A stretch of 64,000 nt of DNA from positions 128,001-192,000 of the forward strand of contig JAHLWR010000002.1 in NCBI GenBank assembly GCA_019057815.1, written 5' to 3'. The notes beneath the pieces are model-generated. The model searched no databases and was not told the origin of the DNA. It saw only the letters and a list, made by a program, of their open reading frames with translations. How positions within the stretch are numbered: the stretch's first letter is position 1; each line of letters starts with the position of its first letter. Of the stretch, positions 1-8,680 are shown piece after piece. Origin of the DNA: Candidatus Heimdallarchaeota archaeon. Lineage in GTDB: Archaea > Asgardarchaeota > Heimdallarchaeia > Heimdallarchaeales > Heimdallarchaeaceae. Position numbers and translations under genes: made by a program.

Positions 1-1464
1 GTTTTCATCTGTAGTAGATTCAATTGAAGTGTGTTCAGTTGTAGTATGGTCAATAACTTCATCAAGAGGGTAAAGATCGAATGCTCCAGCTGAACCATCA
101 ATATAATAGTAACCTGTTCCCGACCAATCTGACCAAAAATTTCCTTCATTAGTGATTACATCACACCAGATATTATTATTTCCATCATCATACGCTTGGG
201 AAGTTCCTACTAGATAATTGTCTACAAAGGTATTATGGTGAATATGATTATTATCAGAACTAGATTCTATGTATATTCCATAACCTTCATTTTCTTGCAG
301 AAGATTGTAAGTAACGACACAAAAATCAGAAGAGGAAAGAGAGATACCTTCAAAGTTATTATTGATGCAAGTGTTGTTGGAAACAGTAGAACTACTAGTA
401 TGGTAAAACCAGATGCCTCTCCAGTCGTTGTTGCAAGTGTTGTTGAAAACAGTAGAATTAGCAGAATAGGAAAGCCCGATGCCAATGAAGTAGTTATTGA
501 TGCAAGTGTTGCTGGAAACAGTAGAACTAATAGAAGTGGAAAGAGAGATGCCGTACTGATTATTGTTACATGTGTTATTGGAAATAGTAGAACTATCAGA
601 ATAATAAAGAAAAATACCTCTGTAGTTGCTGCTACAAGTGTTGTCGGAAACAGTAGAGGAAGAAGAATTGTCGAGAAAGATGCCAATATCGTTGTTATTG
701 TTGCAAGTGTTGTTGGAAACAGTAGAACTATCAGAATTGTCGAGAAAGATGCCAACATCGCCATTGTTGCAAGTGTTGTCTATAATAGTTGAATATGTAC
801 AAGAGTAGAGAAATAGACCAGTTGTAGCATTATTTAATATTTGGTTACGCACTGTAACATTAGTACAATTGACTAATATTAATTGACCATAAACTGGTTC
901 AGTAATTATCGTAGAGTCAAGGTTAGTGTAAAAACCTAGTTTTTTACCATTCACCCAATTATTTTCTATAGCATACGATAGGTAAGCATCAATGGTATAT
1001 TCGTATATCTCTAAACCACAATTAGTAAAAGTGTTGTTGGAAATAGTAGAGTTCCCAGAACGCCAAAGCTTGATGCCACCATAGTCATTGTTGCTACATG
1101 TGTTGTTGGAAATAGTTGCTGTTCCATCAGCTACATACCTGATATAAATGCCATGGGATATTGCGTCAACATAGCAGTTACGAATAATAAAATAATTAGT
1201 TGTATTATAGATATAAATCCCAGCATATTCTGTTGTTATAATTTCCAACCCTTCAATAATATAAGGATCTTCAGCTGTTCCTGTTCCTGGAAAACTGTAA
1301 TCGGTGAAATTATCGTCAGAAATTATTTCAATTGATTCATGGGATGTCAATTCTAACGAAGTAGTTCTATAATCGTCCTCTTCAGCGGTTATTTGTACAA
1401 TGAAATTCGATGCGTAAACTGAGAATGTCAGTATTAGTAGAACTGATATTGCTTTATTTTTCAT
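1..1464 (-). CDS. Secreted right-handed parallel beta-helix (NosD/CASH-like) surface protein, 3' end beyond the window edge
   Basis: Translated by hand from ATG at 1464: MKNKAISVLLILTFSVYASNF (signal peptide), FPGTGTAEDPYIIEG, then NNTC..GI.L repeats, then GNFWSDW..YYIDG..DLYPL. No stop before position 1, hence absent from the ORF track. Paralog of 43443..44447. Confidence 0.88.
   Translation of the reverse strand, partial: MKNKAISVLLILTFSVYASNFIVQITAEEDDYRTTSLELTSHESIEIISDDNFTDYSFPGTGTAEDPYIIEGLEIITTEYAGIYIYNTTNYFIIRNCYVDAISHGIYIRYVADGTATISNNTCSNNDYGGIKLWRSGNSTISNNTFTNCGLEIYEYTIDAYLSYAIENNWVNGKKLGFYTNLDSTIITEPVYGQLILVNCTNVTVRNQILNNATTGLFLYSCTYSTIIDNTCNNGDVGIFLDNSDSSTVSNNTCNNNNDIGIFLDNSSSSTVSDNTCSSNYRGIFLYYSDSSTISNNTCNNNQYGISLSTSISSTVSSNTCINNYFIGIGLSYSANSTVFNNTCNNDWRGIWFYHTSSSTVSNNTCINNNFEGISLSSSDFCVVTYNLLQENEGYGIYIESSSDNNHIHHNTFVDNYLVGTSQAYDDGNNNIWCDVITNEGNFWSDWSGTGYYYIDGSAGAFDLYPLDEVIDHTTTEHTSIESTTDEN
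325..790 (-). repeat. Seven tandem 66-69 bp coding repeats (22-23 aa PbH1-type units)
   Basis: Recurring plus-strand core gcaagtgttg..ggaaacagtagaact at 66/69-nt spacing. Units read xNTCxxx(x)xxGIxLxxSxxSTVS. Confidence 0.85.
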
Positions 1465-2012
1465 AAAATCACACTTATCTAAACTCTTTATTGAATATAT
1501 CTTTTATGCAATAGATTCTTCTGTTGATAATCCTAACTAAAATATTTTTCGAGTCTATAAACCAATTTGGGAATAATTAAGTATACTCATTCGTTCTAAT
1601 ATCTTCCTATCTTCAAAAAATCAAAAAAGATGAGTTTCTCGACTACAATATTAACACTTTCAGAGGTTTTTCTACTGAAAGATTGGAATCTTTCCAATAC
1701 AAGAATCTTCAAGAGACAAATCTATGTGAAGATAATAGATTGGAAGCGGAAAAGGATAAAAAGGAGCTAACAAATTAAAATTAAGTTATAGATAATGATA
1801 AAAATAAAATTGTCTTTTTCGTATGTTTTCTTTGAACGATTATAGTTGGAATCTTGGAATTTCTTGGTTTTAGAGCCCCAGTTCTATTAGTATCCCAAAC
1901 AATTAAAAATTATTAAACAGAAACAATTCAGATTAAACCAAAAAAACAGTTAAAGGTCAAATTTATTTCATTAGGAGGTTTATCAACGAAATTAAAAGCA
2001 GAAAACAGTATC

Positions 2013-2020
2013 TTTATAAA
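2013..2020 (+). promoter_or_regulatory. Putative archaeal TATA box of the EF-2 gene
   Basis: TTTATAAA preceded by a purine-rich BRE-like stretch, about 50 nt upstream of the ATG at 2068. Confidence 0.45.
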
Positions 2021-2067
2021 AAAAAGTTAAGAGCTTCGTATAACTAGATTATTGAAAGGGATAAAGT

Positions 2068-4284
2068 ATGGTTCGCGTAAAGAACGCTGAAGAAATTAGA
2101 GATATGATAAAACATCACCCAATGGATTTAAGACGGGTATTTACTATCGCAGCTCACATTGACCATGGAAAAACAACCACTAGTGATTTTTTGCTTAGAA
2201 GAGCAGGTTTGATGTCTGATGCTGACGCTGGAAAAAAAGTTATGATGGACAGCGATGAGGAAGAACAAGAAAGAGGAATTACAATTTTTACTAGTGTGGT
2301 TCTTCTAAATTATGACTATGGTGATAAACAATATCTTTTTGAGATTAATGACACTCCAGGTCACATCAGCTTTACTGGTGAGGTGTCCCGTGCTTTACGC
2401 GGAAGTGATGGTGTCATTCTCTTAGTTGATGCTCTTGAAGGTGTGATGACCCAAACTGAGACTAATATCCGTCTTAGTATTGGCGAGATGTGTAAACCTG
2501 TCTTATTTATCAACAAGGTTGATCGTCTCATTTCTGAATTGCGTTTAGCTCCTAAGGATGTCTTTTCTAAGATTGATTCTATTATCTCACAGGTAAACAG
2601 ATTAATTAAAGCATGTGCTCCCAAAGACTTGGCTAAAGAATGGCAAGTTTCCTTTGTTAATGATTCCGTCTCTGTTGGAAGCGCAAAAGATGGATGGGCT
2701 TTTAATATGTCCACCCTTAAACGATTAGAAATCAGACCTCAAATAGTCTTTGAAAAATATGCCGAAGATAACAAGGATTGGCTAAAGACTGAACTTCCTC
2801 TCGAGGATCCTCTTCTTGAAATGGTTATTAAACACCTGCCCAATCCTGTTGAAGGTCAAAAATTGAAAATACCTCATATCTGGTCTGGTGATCTTGAGAG
2901 TGAAGTAGGTAAATCCTTGATAGAATGCGATCCAAACGGACCATTACTAGGTATGATTACAAAAATATTCATTGATCCTAAGTCTAAAAGGCCGACACTT
3001 ATTGGGCGAGTTTTTTCAGGAACACTTAGGAACTCAGATATATTGTATTTAGTTGGTAAAAAGACTAAGGTAAAAATAAAAAGATTGGGAGTTATGGAAA
3101 TTACTGACATTCTTGATGTTGATGAAGTTCCTGCTGGAAACTTATTTGCTATTTATGGTTTTATTTGCCCTGCTGGTGAAACATTCGTTTTAGATGGTGA
3201 ACAAGAGAAAATCACCGTTTTTGAGGAAATCTCTTATGTAGCTGAACCTGTAGTTAGTCGAACAATTAAACCTAAAGATCCAAAAGACATAGCGAAATTG
3301 GGCGAAGTTGTTTCCAAATGGATAATGGCCGATCCAACAGCAACTTTTAGACATGATGAAGAATCAAAGACTTATGTTCTTTCAGGAATTGATCCTCTAC
3401 AAATCGAAATCTTGGTCACAAGAATTCGAGAGCAAGTAGAAATAGAAGTCAGTGATCCTATAGTTGTCTATAGAGAACTACCTACGACCAGAGGAATAGA
3501 TGTTCATTCAAAATCACCAAATGGTCATAACAGATTGCTAATTCACATAGAACCATTAGATAACAAAGCTATGGCATTATTCAAGAGCGGAAAAGTAAAC
3601 ATGGATCAAGACAGAAGGACGAGAGCACAAATTCTACAAGAAGAAGCAGGATGGGAAGCAAAAGTAGCTAGAAGGATATGGACAATAAGCGAGACAAACG
3701 TATTAATTGATGCATCAACAGGAGTCCAAAGATTAGATAATATTAAACAATATATCATTCAAGTTTTCATTGATTTCTGCAATGGATCAACACTAGCAAA
3801 AGAGCCACTAATGGGAAGTAAATATATCATAACAGATGCAACAGTACATGTAGATCCAGCACATACTGGTTTTACTGAAATTTTTCAAATGGCTTTAGCT
3901 GGTTACCACACAACCTTCCTAACAAGCGATCCTCATATACTAGAACCTATACTAATGATTGATATCAAAGTCCCTTCCGAATATGTAGGTAATATGTCTA
4001 AAGTTATTACTCAACATCGTGGAATTATTCAAGAAATGACTCAAGAAGGTGAAAATACTTTGATAAAAGGAAAGATCCCTACAGCTGAAACAATAGATTT
4101 AGCAGATGAAATACGAAGTAACAGCTCGGGAAGAGCTTTCTTTGGTTACCAATTCTTAGGTTTTGAACCAGTACCTAAAAATCTTGAAAAAGAATTAATA
4201 GAAAGTATTAGAGCGAGAAAAGAATTACCTCCAGACATTCCAGATGTTTCAAACTGGGATCGATTTATGTACAGACGCACATAA
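2068..4284 (+). CDS. fusA: Translation elongation factor 2 family GTPase, divergent (likely the Asgard aEF-2 paralog)
   Basis: AHIDHGKTT, ERGITI, DTPGH and NKVD GTPase motifs; SPNGHNR; ILEP and domain V. Diphthamide loop reads HVDPAHTG instead of H..xxHRG. Not in an S12/S7 operon. Confidence 0.92.
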   Translation: MVRVKNAEEIRDMIKHHPMDLRRVFTIAAHIDHGKTTTSDFLLRRAGLMSDADAGKKVMMDSDEEEQERGITIFTSVVLLNYDYGDKQYLFEINDTPGHISFTGEVSRALRGSDGVILLVDALEGVMTQTETNIRLSIGEMCKPVLFINKVDRLISELRLAPKDVFSKIDSIISQVNRLIKACAPKDLAKEWQVSFVNDSVSVGSAKDGWAFNMSTLKRLEIRPQIVFEKYAEDNKDWLKTELPLEDPLLEMVIKHLPNPVEGQKLKIPHIWSGDLESEVGKSLIECDPNGPLLGMITKIFIDPKSKRPTLIGRVFSGTLRNSDILYLVGKKTKVKIKRLGVMEITDILDVDEVPAGNLFAIYGFICPAGETFVLDGEQEKITVFEEISYVAEPVVSRTIKPKDPKDIAKLGEVVSKWIMADPTATFRHDEESKTYVLSGIDPLQIEILVTRIREQVEIEVSDPIVVYRELPTTRGIDVHSKSPNGHNRLLIHIEPLDNKAMALFKSGKVNMDQDRRTRAQILQEEAGWEAKVARRIWTISETNVLIDASTGVQRLDNIKQYIIQVFIDFCNGSTLAKEPLMGSKYIITDATVHVDPAHTGFTEIFQMALAGYHTTFLTSDPHILEPILMIDIKVPSEYVGNMSKVITQHRGIIQEMTQEGENTLIKGKIPTAETIDLADEIRSNSSGRAFFGYQFLGFEPVPKNLEKELIESIRARKELPPDIPDVSNWDRFMYRRT

Positions 4285-4423
4285 CATCTCTTTTTCTTCT
4301 TTACTTATTCATCCTTTCATTTTTCTCTTAAACGTCATTTCTAAAATCTTCATAAACTCCTCCACCTGAAGGAAAAGGACTCCTGTTATATTCAGTTAAA
4401 AAATGGTGTGAATATGTTATTGC

Positions 4424-6031
4424 TTATTCTTCTTTTGCACTCAGTTGCTCACGTAATTTTTGATAGAACAGCTCATCTTCATCACCTATTGGCGAAAGTC
4501 CACCTTCTGTTACAACCCCTGTTCGTTCCACTTCTTGGTATTGTTTTTCTGCATCTAGCACAGGTTCAATAGCTGATTCTAATCTTGATGAAAGTCTCTC
4601 TTGTATGAAACCTATTAACACAGTAAAGAGAAGTATGAACACTACAATTGGAATAAGTAGCAACACTACGCCTTCAGGTTCATACATTTCTAAGGAATTG
4701 TATATTGAGGCCGGATAGCGCAGTACAAAGAGTAGTACATTTGGATTCAAAATTGCATATAATCCAGCAATCATTATCCCTACTCTAAACACTACAGAAA
4801 ATAACACATAGACAATCGTCATTAGCGGAGATATCGCCACTGAAGCTCCTACTAGCTTGTCATCTATTCTTGAATCACTTGCTACTAGACCATCATGATA
4901 TCTTTGGAGTCTACTCGTGAGCTTGTCTTTTTGTCCTCCAGGTTTTGCGAAAAGCGAATCTGATGCTTTGTCAATCATGAGAGCTACACCTGCAAAACCA
5001 AATTTTCTTGATACAGAGCTCCCTGTACTTGTGATTGATCTAGAGGCTTGTTTTTCATCAGAATCTTTGCCTTCAACTTCTTCAGCTACTTCAGGTGTTA
5101 ACTTTGCTGAATCAGTAGACACTATGCCTAGCCTGAAATCTTTCAACCTATCTAAAGCCCGTAACACACGCTGGTGCCTGTTCTGTGTGGGGTTGAGAAT
5201 CTTTGAAATATACGATATTTGGAGTGAGATTTCCAAAAACATATACGAAGCTAAAGCCACCATAACAACATTTGAACTAAACATATCTCCGATATTACTG
5301 GAAGGAGTGAAGGAAAATACATCTGGAGAATCTTGCCTAAAGAGGAGTTGAACACTGCTATAAAAAACAATAAATTGTGACAGAACAAATGCTGTAGCAG
5401 CTGAACGCATATCAGCACGGAAGATAAAAGCAAGAATAGCTATTCCTAAGAGAATAATAGCAAACCAAAGAAGAGATGCACGGTTAATAGCTTTCAATGT
5501 TTCTCCTTCCAAACTAAAAATGCTACTGAAGTATTTTCCAAAGGGAGAAAAGAGAAAATCTGGAACTGTAGCGCTAGAAGGAACAGCAAACAGATCATCA
5601 AGCCCTAAATTACTAATCGCATTTTGCATCGCAACAGGAACATCAACATTATTGAAAAGATCAGCACTGAGAAAGGCTCTGACAGTATTTAATATAGCCA
5701 CTGCATCTTGAGGAGAACCAGGTGGAGCATTAGCTGCATTAACAATAGGTATCAATACAAGGAAGGGGAGAGTAAAGAGAACGATAACTATAAGCTCGAT
5801 GAAAATAAAAATCAGTTTGAGAGTATCAAGAAGATGACCTTCAGGGAATTTAGCAGGATTTTCAAAATCAATGAGATCAAAGAGCGTTATTGATAACCAT
5901 ACAATAGCTCCAACAGCTATAAGGCGACCAATGACGTTGGTTGCCACATTTTGTATACGAGCACCACGTAGACGTCGCTGGACACCGCGGATACCGAGGT
6001 CAATGAAACCAGAATCTGAAAGAGAGTCCAT
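4424..6031 (-). CDS. Multi-pass membrane protein of unknown function (last gene of MoxR cluster 1)
   Basis: 535-aa ORF with several hydrophobic helices, a large polar loop and an acidic C-terminus. Starts 7 nt after the DUF58 stop. Confidence 0.8.
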   Translation of the reverse strand: MDSLSDSGFIDLGIRGVQRRLRGARIQNVATNVIGRLIAVGAIVWLSITLFDLIDFENPAKFPEGHLLDTLKLIFIFIELIVIVLFTLPFLVLIPIVNAANAPPGSPQDAVAILNTVRAFLSADLFNNVDVPVAMQNAISNLGLDDLFAVPSSATVPDFLFSPFGKYFSSIFSLEGETLKAINRASLLWFAIILLGIAILAFIFRADMRSAATAFVLSQFIVFYSSVQLLFRQDSPDVFSFTPSSNIGDMFSSNVVMVALASYMFLEISLQISYISKILNPTQNRHQRVLRALDRLKDFRLGIVSTDSAKLTPEVAEEVEGKDSDEKQASRSITSTGSSVSRKFGFAGVALMIDKASDSLFAKPGGQKDKLTSRLQRYHDGLVASDSRIDDKLVGASVAISPLMTIVYVLFSVVFRVGIMIAGLYAILNPNVLLFVLRYPASIYNSLEMYEPEGVVLLLIPIVVFILLFTVLIGFIQERLSSRLESAIEPVLDAEKQYQEVERTGVVTEGGLSPIGDEDELFYQKLREQLSAKEE

Positions 6032-6038
6032 ACCATAA

Positions 6039-7481
6039 TCACCCTTGACGTTGCATTCGATTGAATTGAGCTAAAACTGTTGGCATAAAATCATCAGGAC
6101 CAACAGAAACGGAAGTTGCATCAAAGCCACGGAGAGCTTTAAACATAATTTGGCGCTCACCAAGCTGTTTTTCAACAAGTGCATGACCAATCATCTGCTC
6201 AACAGGAGAAAGCTGCTGAGAAACGATTTCAAACCAAGGACCGAAGGGAGAGACAACAGTAATGTTATGTTTACGAGCACGAGCACGACGAACAGCCGGA
6301 ATAATCTTTTGAGGATGCGATTCAAGGTCAGAAATTACAATTAAGTAAGCAGAACGCTTAACACGTTGAAGAATAAAGTCAACAGCATTCTCAAGATCAC
6401 CTTCACCCTCAGGTTTAGCATGAGCTAAAGCTTCAAGAAATTGGAAAAGTTGTGCTCGGACACCGGTAAGCTCAATAAAAGCACGAACCTTGGAATCATA
6501 AATACATAAAGCAACAAGATCTTTTTTCTCAAAAGCAAGATGGATAAAAAGAACAGCACTACGAATGGCATACTCAAGTTTAGTATTTCGAGGAAGACCA
6601 GCACCCATACTAGCAGAAGAATCAAGAATGATAACGACTCGAATGTTTTGCTCAGCTTCATACTCACGAACCATCATTTTCTGAGTACGACTATAAGCTT
6701 TCCAATCTATAAACTTGAATGCGTCACCAGTTTGATATTCGCGGATACCAAAAAAGTCAGTACCCATACCCTTTATTTTAGTGCGGTGGAAACCAAAAAG
6801 GAGACCAAGTTGTCTCTTCTTGCCAATCATCTCCATTTTGCGAATATCCTCGTACGATGGATACACAAGTATAGACGTCTTTGTTTTTATCTCTCCTTCC
6901 GTTGCATAGAATCCCATTCTATCTCTAATTATGACTTTAGTTGGACCTATATCAAACTCTCCTCTTATTGGAATCCTTACAATATAACCAAACGTTATTT
7001 CTTCTCTTGGATTCAATTGTGTTACGATAAAGTTTTCTCCTAAAATTAGATCAAATACTTCTGGTATAGCATCATATATTTCGATTGTAGGTATTTGGTT
7101 TACTGATTTGTTTCTTGCTGTAACTTCTATGTAAACATAATCTCCAGCAAAGGCTTTTGTTTTAGCTACTCTTCTCTTTATCTCAATACTTTTCGGGTTT
7201 GCTCCTAGTCTATAAAATGGCAGTCCTAATAGTACTGAAAATATTAGCATTACTCCCGCTATTATAAAATACCAAATTAATGTTGCATCTTTCACGTAAA
7301 AGTGGACTATGTCCATAATTCCGAAACCTTGTGCTTCTGCTGTCGACCCCTCAAGTGTTATTGGTTCTGATGTAAAGGAAGCTATTATATTATTCAGTGA
7401 CAAATATCCCGCTAACGCGAAACCAATTGAAATCATTACAATTCCAGCAAAAACTAGCCATCCGCCTCTACGTGTGAACAT
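6039..7481 (-). CDS. DUF58 / vWA-like MoxR partner with N-terminal TM helices
   Basis: GTDFFGIREYQTGD..IDWKAYSR...VREYEAE DUF58 signature; MIDAS-like ILDSSAS; LIVISD. Confidence 0.9.
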   Translation of the reverse strand: MFTRRGGWLVFAGIVMISIGFALAGYLSLNNIIASFTSEPITLEGSTAEAQGFGIMDIVHFYVKDATLIWYFIIAGVMLIFSVLLGLPFYRLGANPKSIEIKRRVAKTKAFAGDYVYIEVTARNKSVNQIPTIEIYDAIPEVFDLILGENFIVTQLNPREEITFGYIVRIPIRGEFDIGPTKVIIRDRMGFYATEGEIKTKTSILVYPSYEDIRKMEMIGKKRQLGLLFGFHRTKIKGMGTDFFGIREYQTGDAFKFIDWKAYSRTQKMMVREYEAEQNIRVVIILDSSASMGAGLPRNTKLEYAIRSAVLFIHLAFEKKDLVALCIYDSKVRAFIELTGVRAQLFQFLEALAHAKPEGEGDLENAVDFILQRVKRSAYLIVISDLESHPQKIIPAVRRARARKHNITVVSPFGPWFEIVSQQLSPVEQMIGHALVEKQLGERQIMFKALRGFDATSVSVGPDDFMPTVLAQFNRMQRQG

Positions 7482-7648
7482 TCTTGTCTACACCTAATAT
7501 TTTCAATTCACTTATTCTAATTATAGTTCTTATATTTTTCCCAACTAGGAATACTTTACTGATTAACTTATGTTTTCTCCACTCTGAGAAGAGAAAGGAG
7601 AAAGTTTTGTCACTTACCTACTTACGACTTGTTTTCATCTTTTTTTCT

Positions 7649-8653
7649 CTAAACAGGCACAACAAGATTCCTTAGAATCTCATCTACAACCATTGTTCCA
7701 GTTGTTCCTTCAAGTTCTGCTTCAGGCTTCATCTGCAACCTGTGAGCTGTTGCTATTTTTGAAACTCTTTTTATATCATCGGGGATGACATAATCTCTTC
7801 CTCTCATAGATGCAACAGCTTTTCCAGCGTTGAGAAGGGCTATACTACATCGTGGACTACCACCTAGTATAAGTCTTGGGTCTGTTCTTGTTGCGACAAC
7901 AAGCTCTCTAATGTAATCTATAATATCCTCATGTACATATACTCGTCTTGCAACAGTTTCAATCATTTTTGTTATAGTCATAGGAGTAGTTACTCGTCGA
8001 ACAGTTTTGCGGATTCCTTTATGAATTAATTCAATAATCTCTTTTTCTTCATCAGGAGATGGCAATTCTACAAGAAGTTTGAACATGAAACGATCAACTT
8101 GTGCTTCTGGCAATGGGTAAGTTCCTTCTTGCTCTATTGGATTCTGTGTGGCAATAACTAAGAATGGTGGTTCAAGCTCAAATGTTGTTCCTTCGACAGT
8201 GACTTGTTTCTCCGCCATTGCTTCTAATAGCGCGGCTTGTGTTTTTGGTGGACTTCTGTTAATTTCGTCAGATAAGACGATATTACAAAATATTGGCCCT
8301 TTTCTCATTTTGAAGGTTCCAGCTTTTGGGTCATAAATTGTTGTTCCAACAACATCACTTGGTAGTAAGTCTGGTGTAAATTGTATTCTCTTAAAATCGC
8401 ACCCTAGTGTTGCTGCAAAATACTTAGCCATCACAGTTTTTGCAATTCCGGGGACTCCTTCTAATAGACAATGTCCTCCTCCTAGAAGAGCAATAAACAT
8501 ATCCTCTAGAATATCTACGTTGCCTATTATCACTTTTTCAAGTTCGCTATAGATTTCTTCCCAAACACGTTTAACATCCTTTGGTGTAACATATGTTTCT
8601 GTTTCAGCTTGTGCCTGTGCTTTTGCTGGTTTTTCTTCACTCATACTTTTCAC
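7649..8653 (-). CDS. moxR: MoxR family AAA+ ATPase
   Basis: Walker A GVPGIAKT, RIQFTPDLLPSD signature, DEINR, ATQNPIEQEGTYPLPEAQVDRF. Confidence 0.95.
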   Translation of the reverse strand: MKSMSEEKPAKAQAQAETETYVTPKDVKRVWEEIYSELEKVIIGNVDILEDMFIALLGGGHCLLEGVPGIAKTVMAKYFAATLGCDFKRIQFTPDLLPSDVVGTTIYDPKAGTFKMRKGPIFCNIVLSDEINRSPPKTQAALLEAMAEKQVTVEGTTFELEPPFLVIATQNPIEQEGTYPLPEAQVDRFMFKLLVELPSPDEEKEIIELIHKGIRKTVRRVTTPMTITKMIETVARRVYVHEDIIDYIRELVVATRTDPRLILGGSPRCSIALLNAGKAVASMRGRDYVIPDDIKRVSKIATAHRLQMKPEAELEGTTGTMVVDEILRNLVVPV

Positions 8654-8680
8654 TTTCCATTTCTCTTTTTATTTTTTACT

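Noticed and set aside
325-790. Possible CRISPR array or DGR template/variable repeat
   Set aside because: Units are in-frame coding repeats without unique spacers, differences are not confined to adenines, and no reverse transcriptase or cas gene is present in the window.
235-808. Track ORFs 235..792 (+), 267..764 (-) and 626..808 (+)
   Set aside because: Shadow frames of the repeat array. The real gene is the edge-truncated minus-strand ORF starting at 1464.
1465-2067. 600-bp AT-rich intergenic region as possible replication origin or ncRNA
   Set aside because: No ORB-like repeats, no adjacent cdc6/orc1 and no convincing structure. Consistent with divergent promoters.
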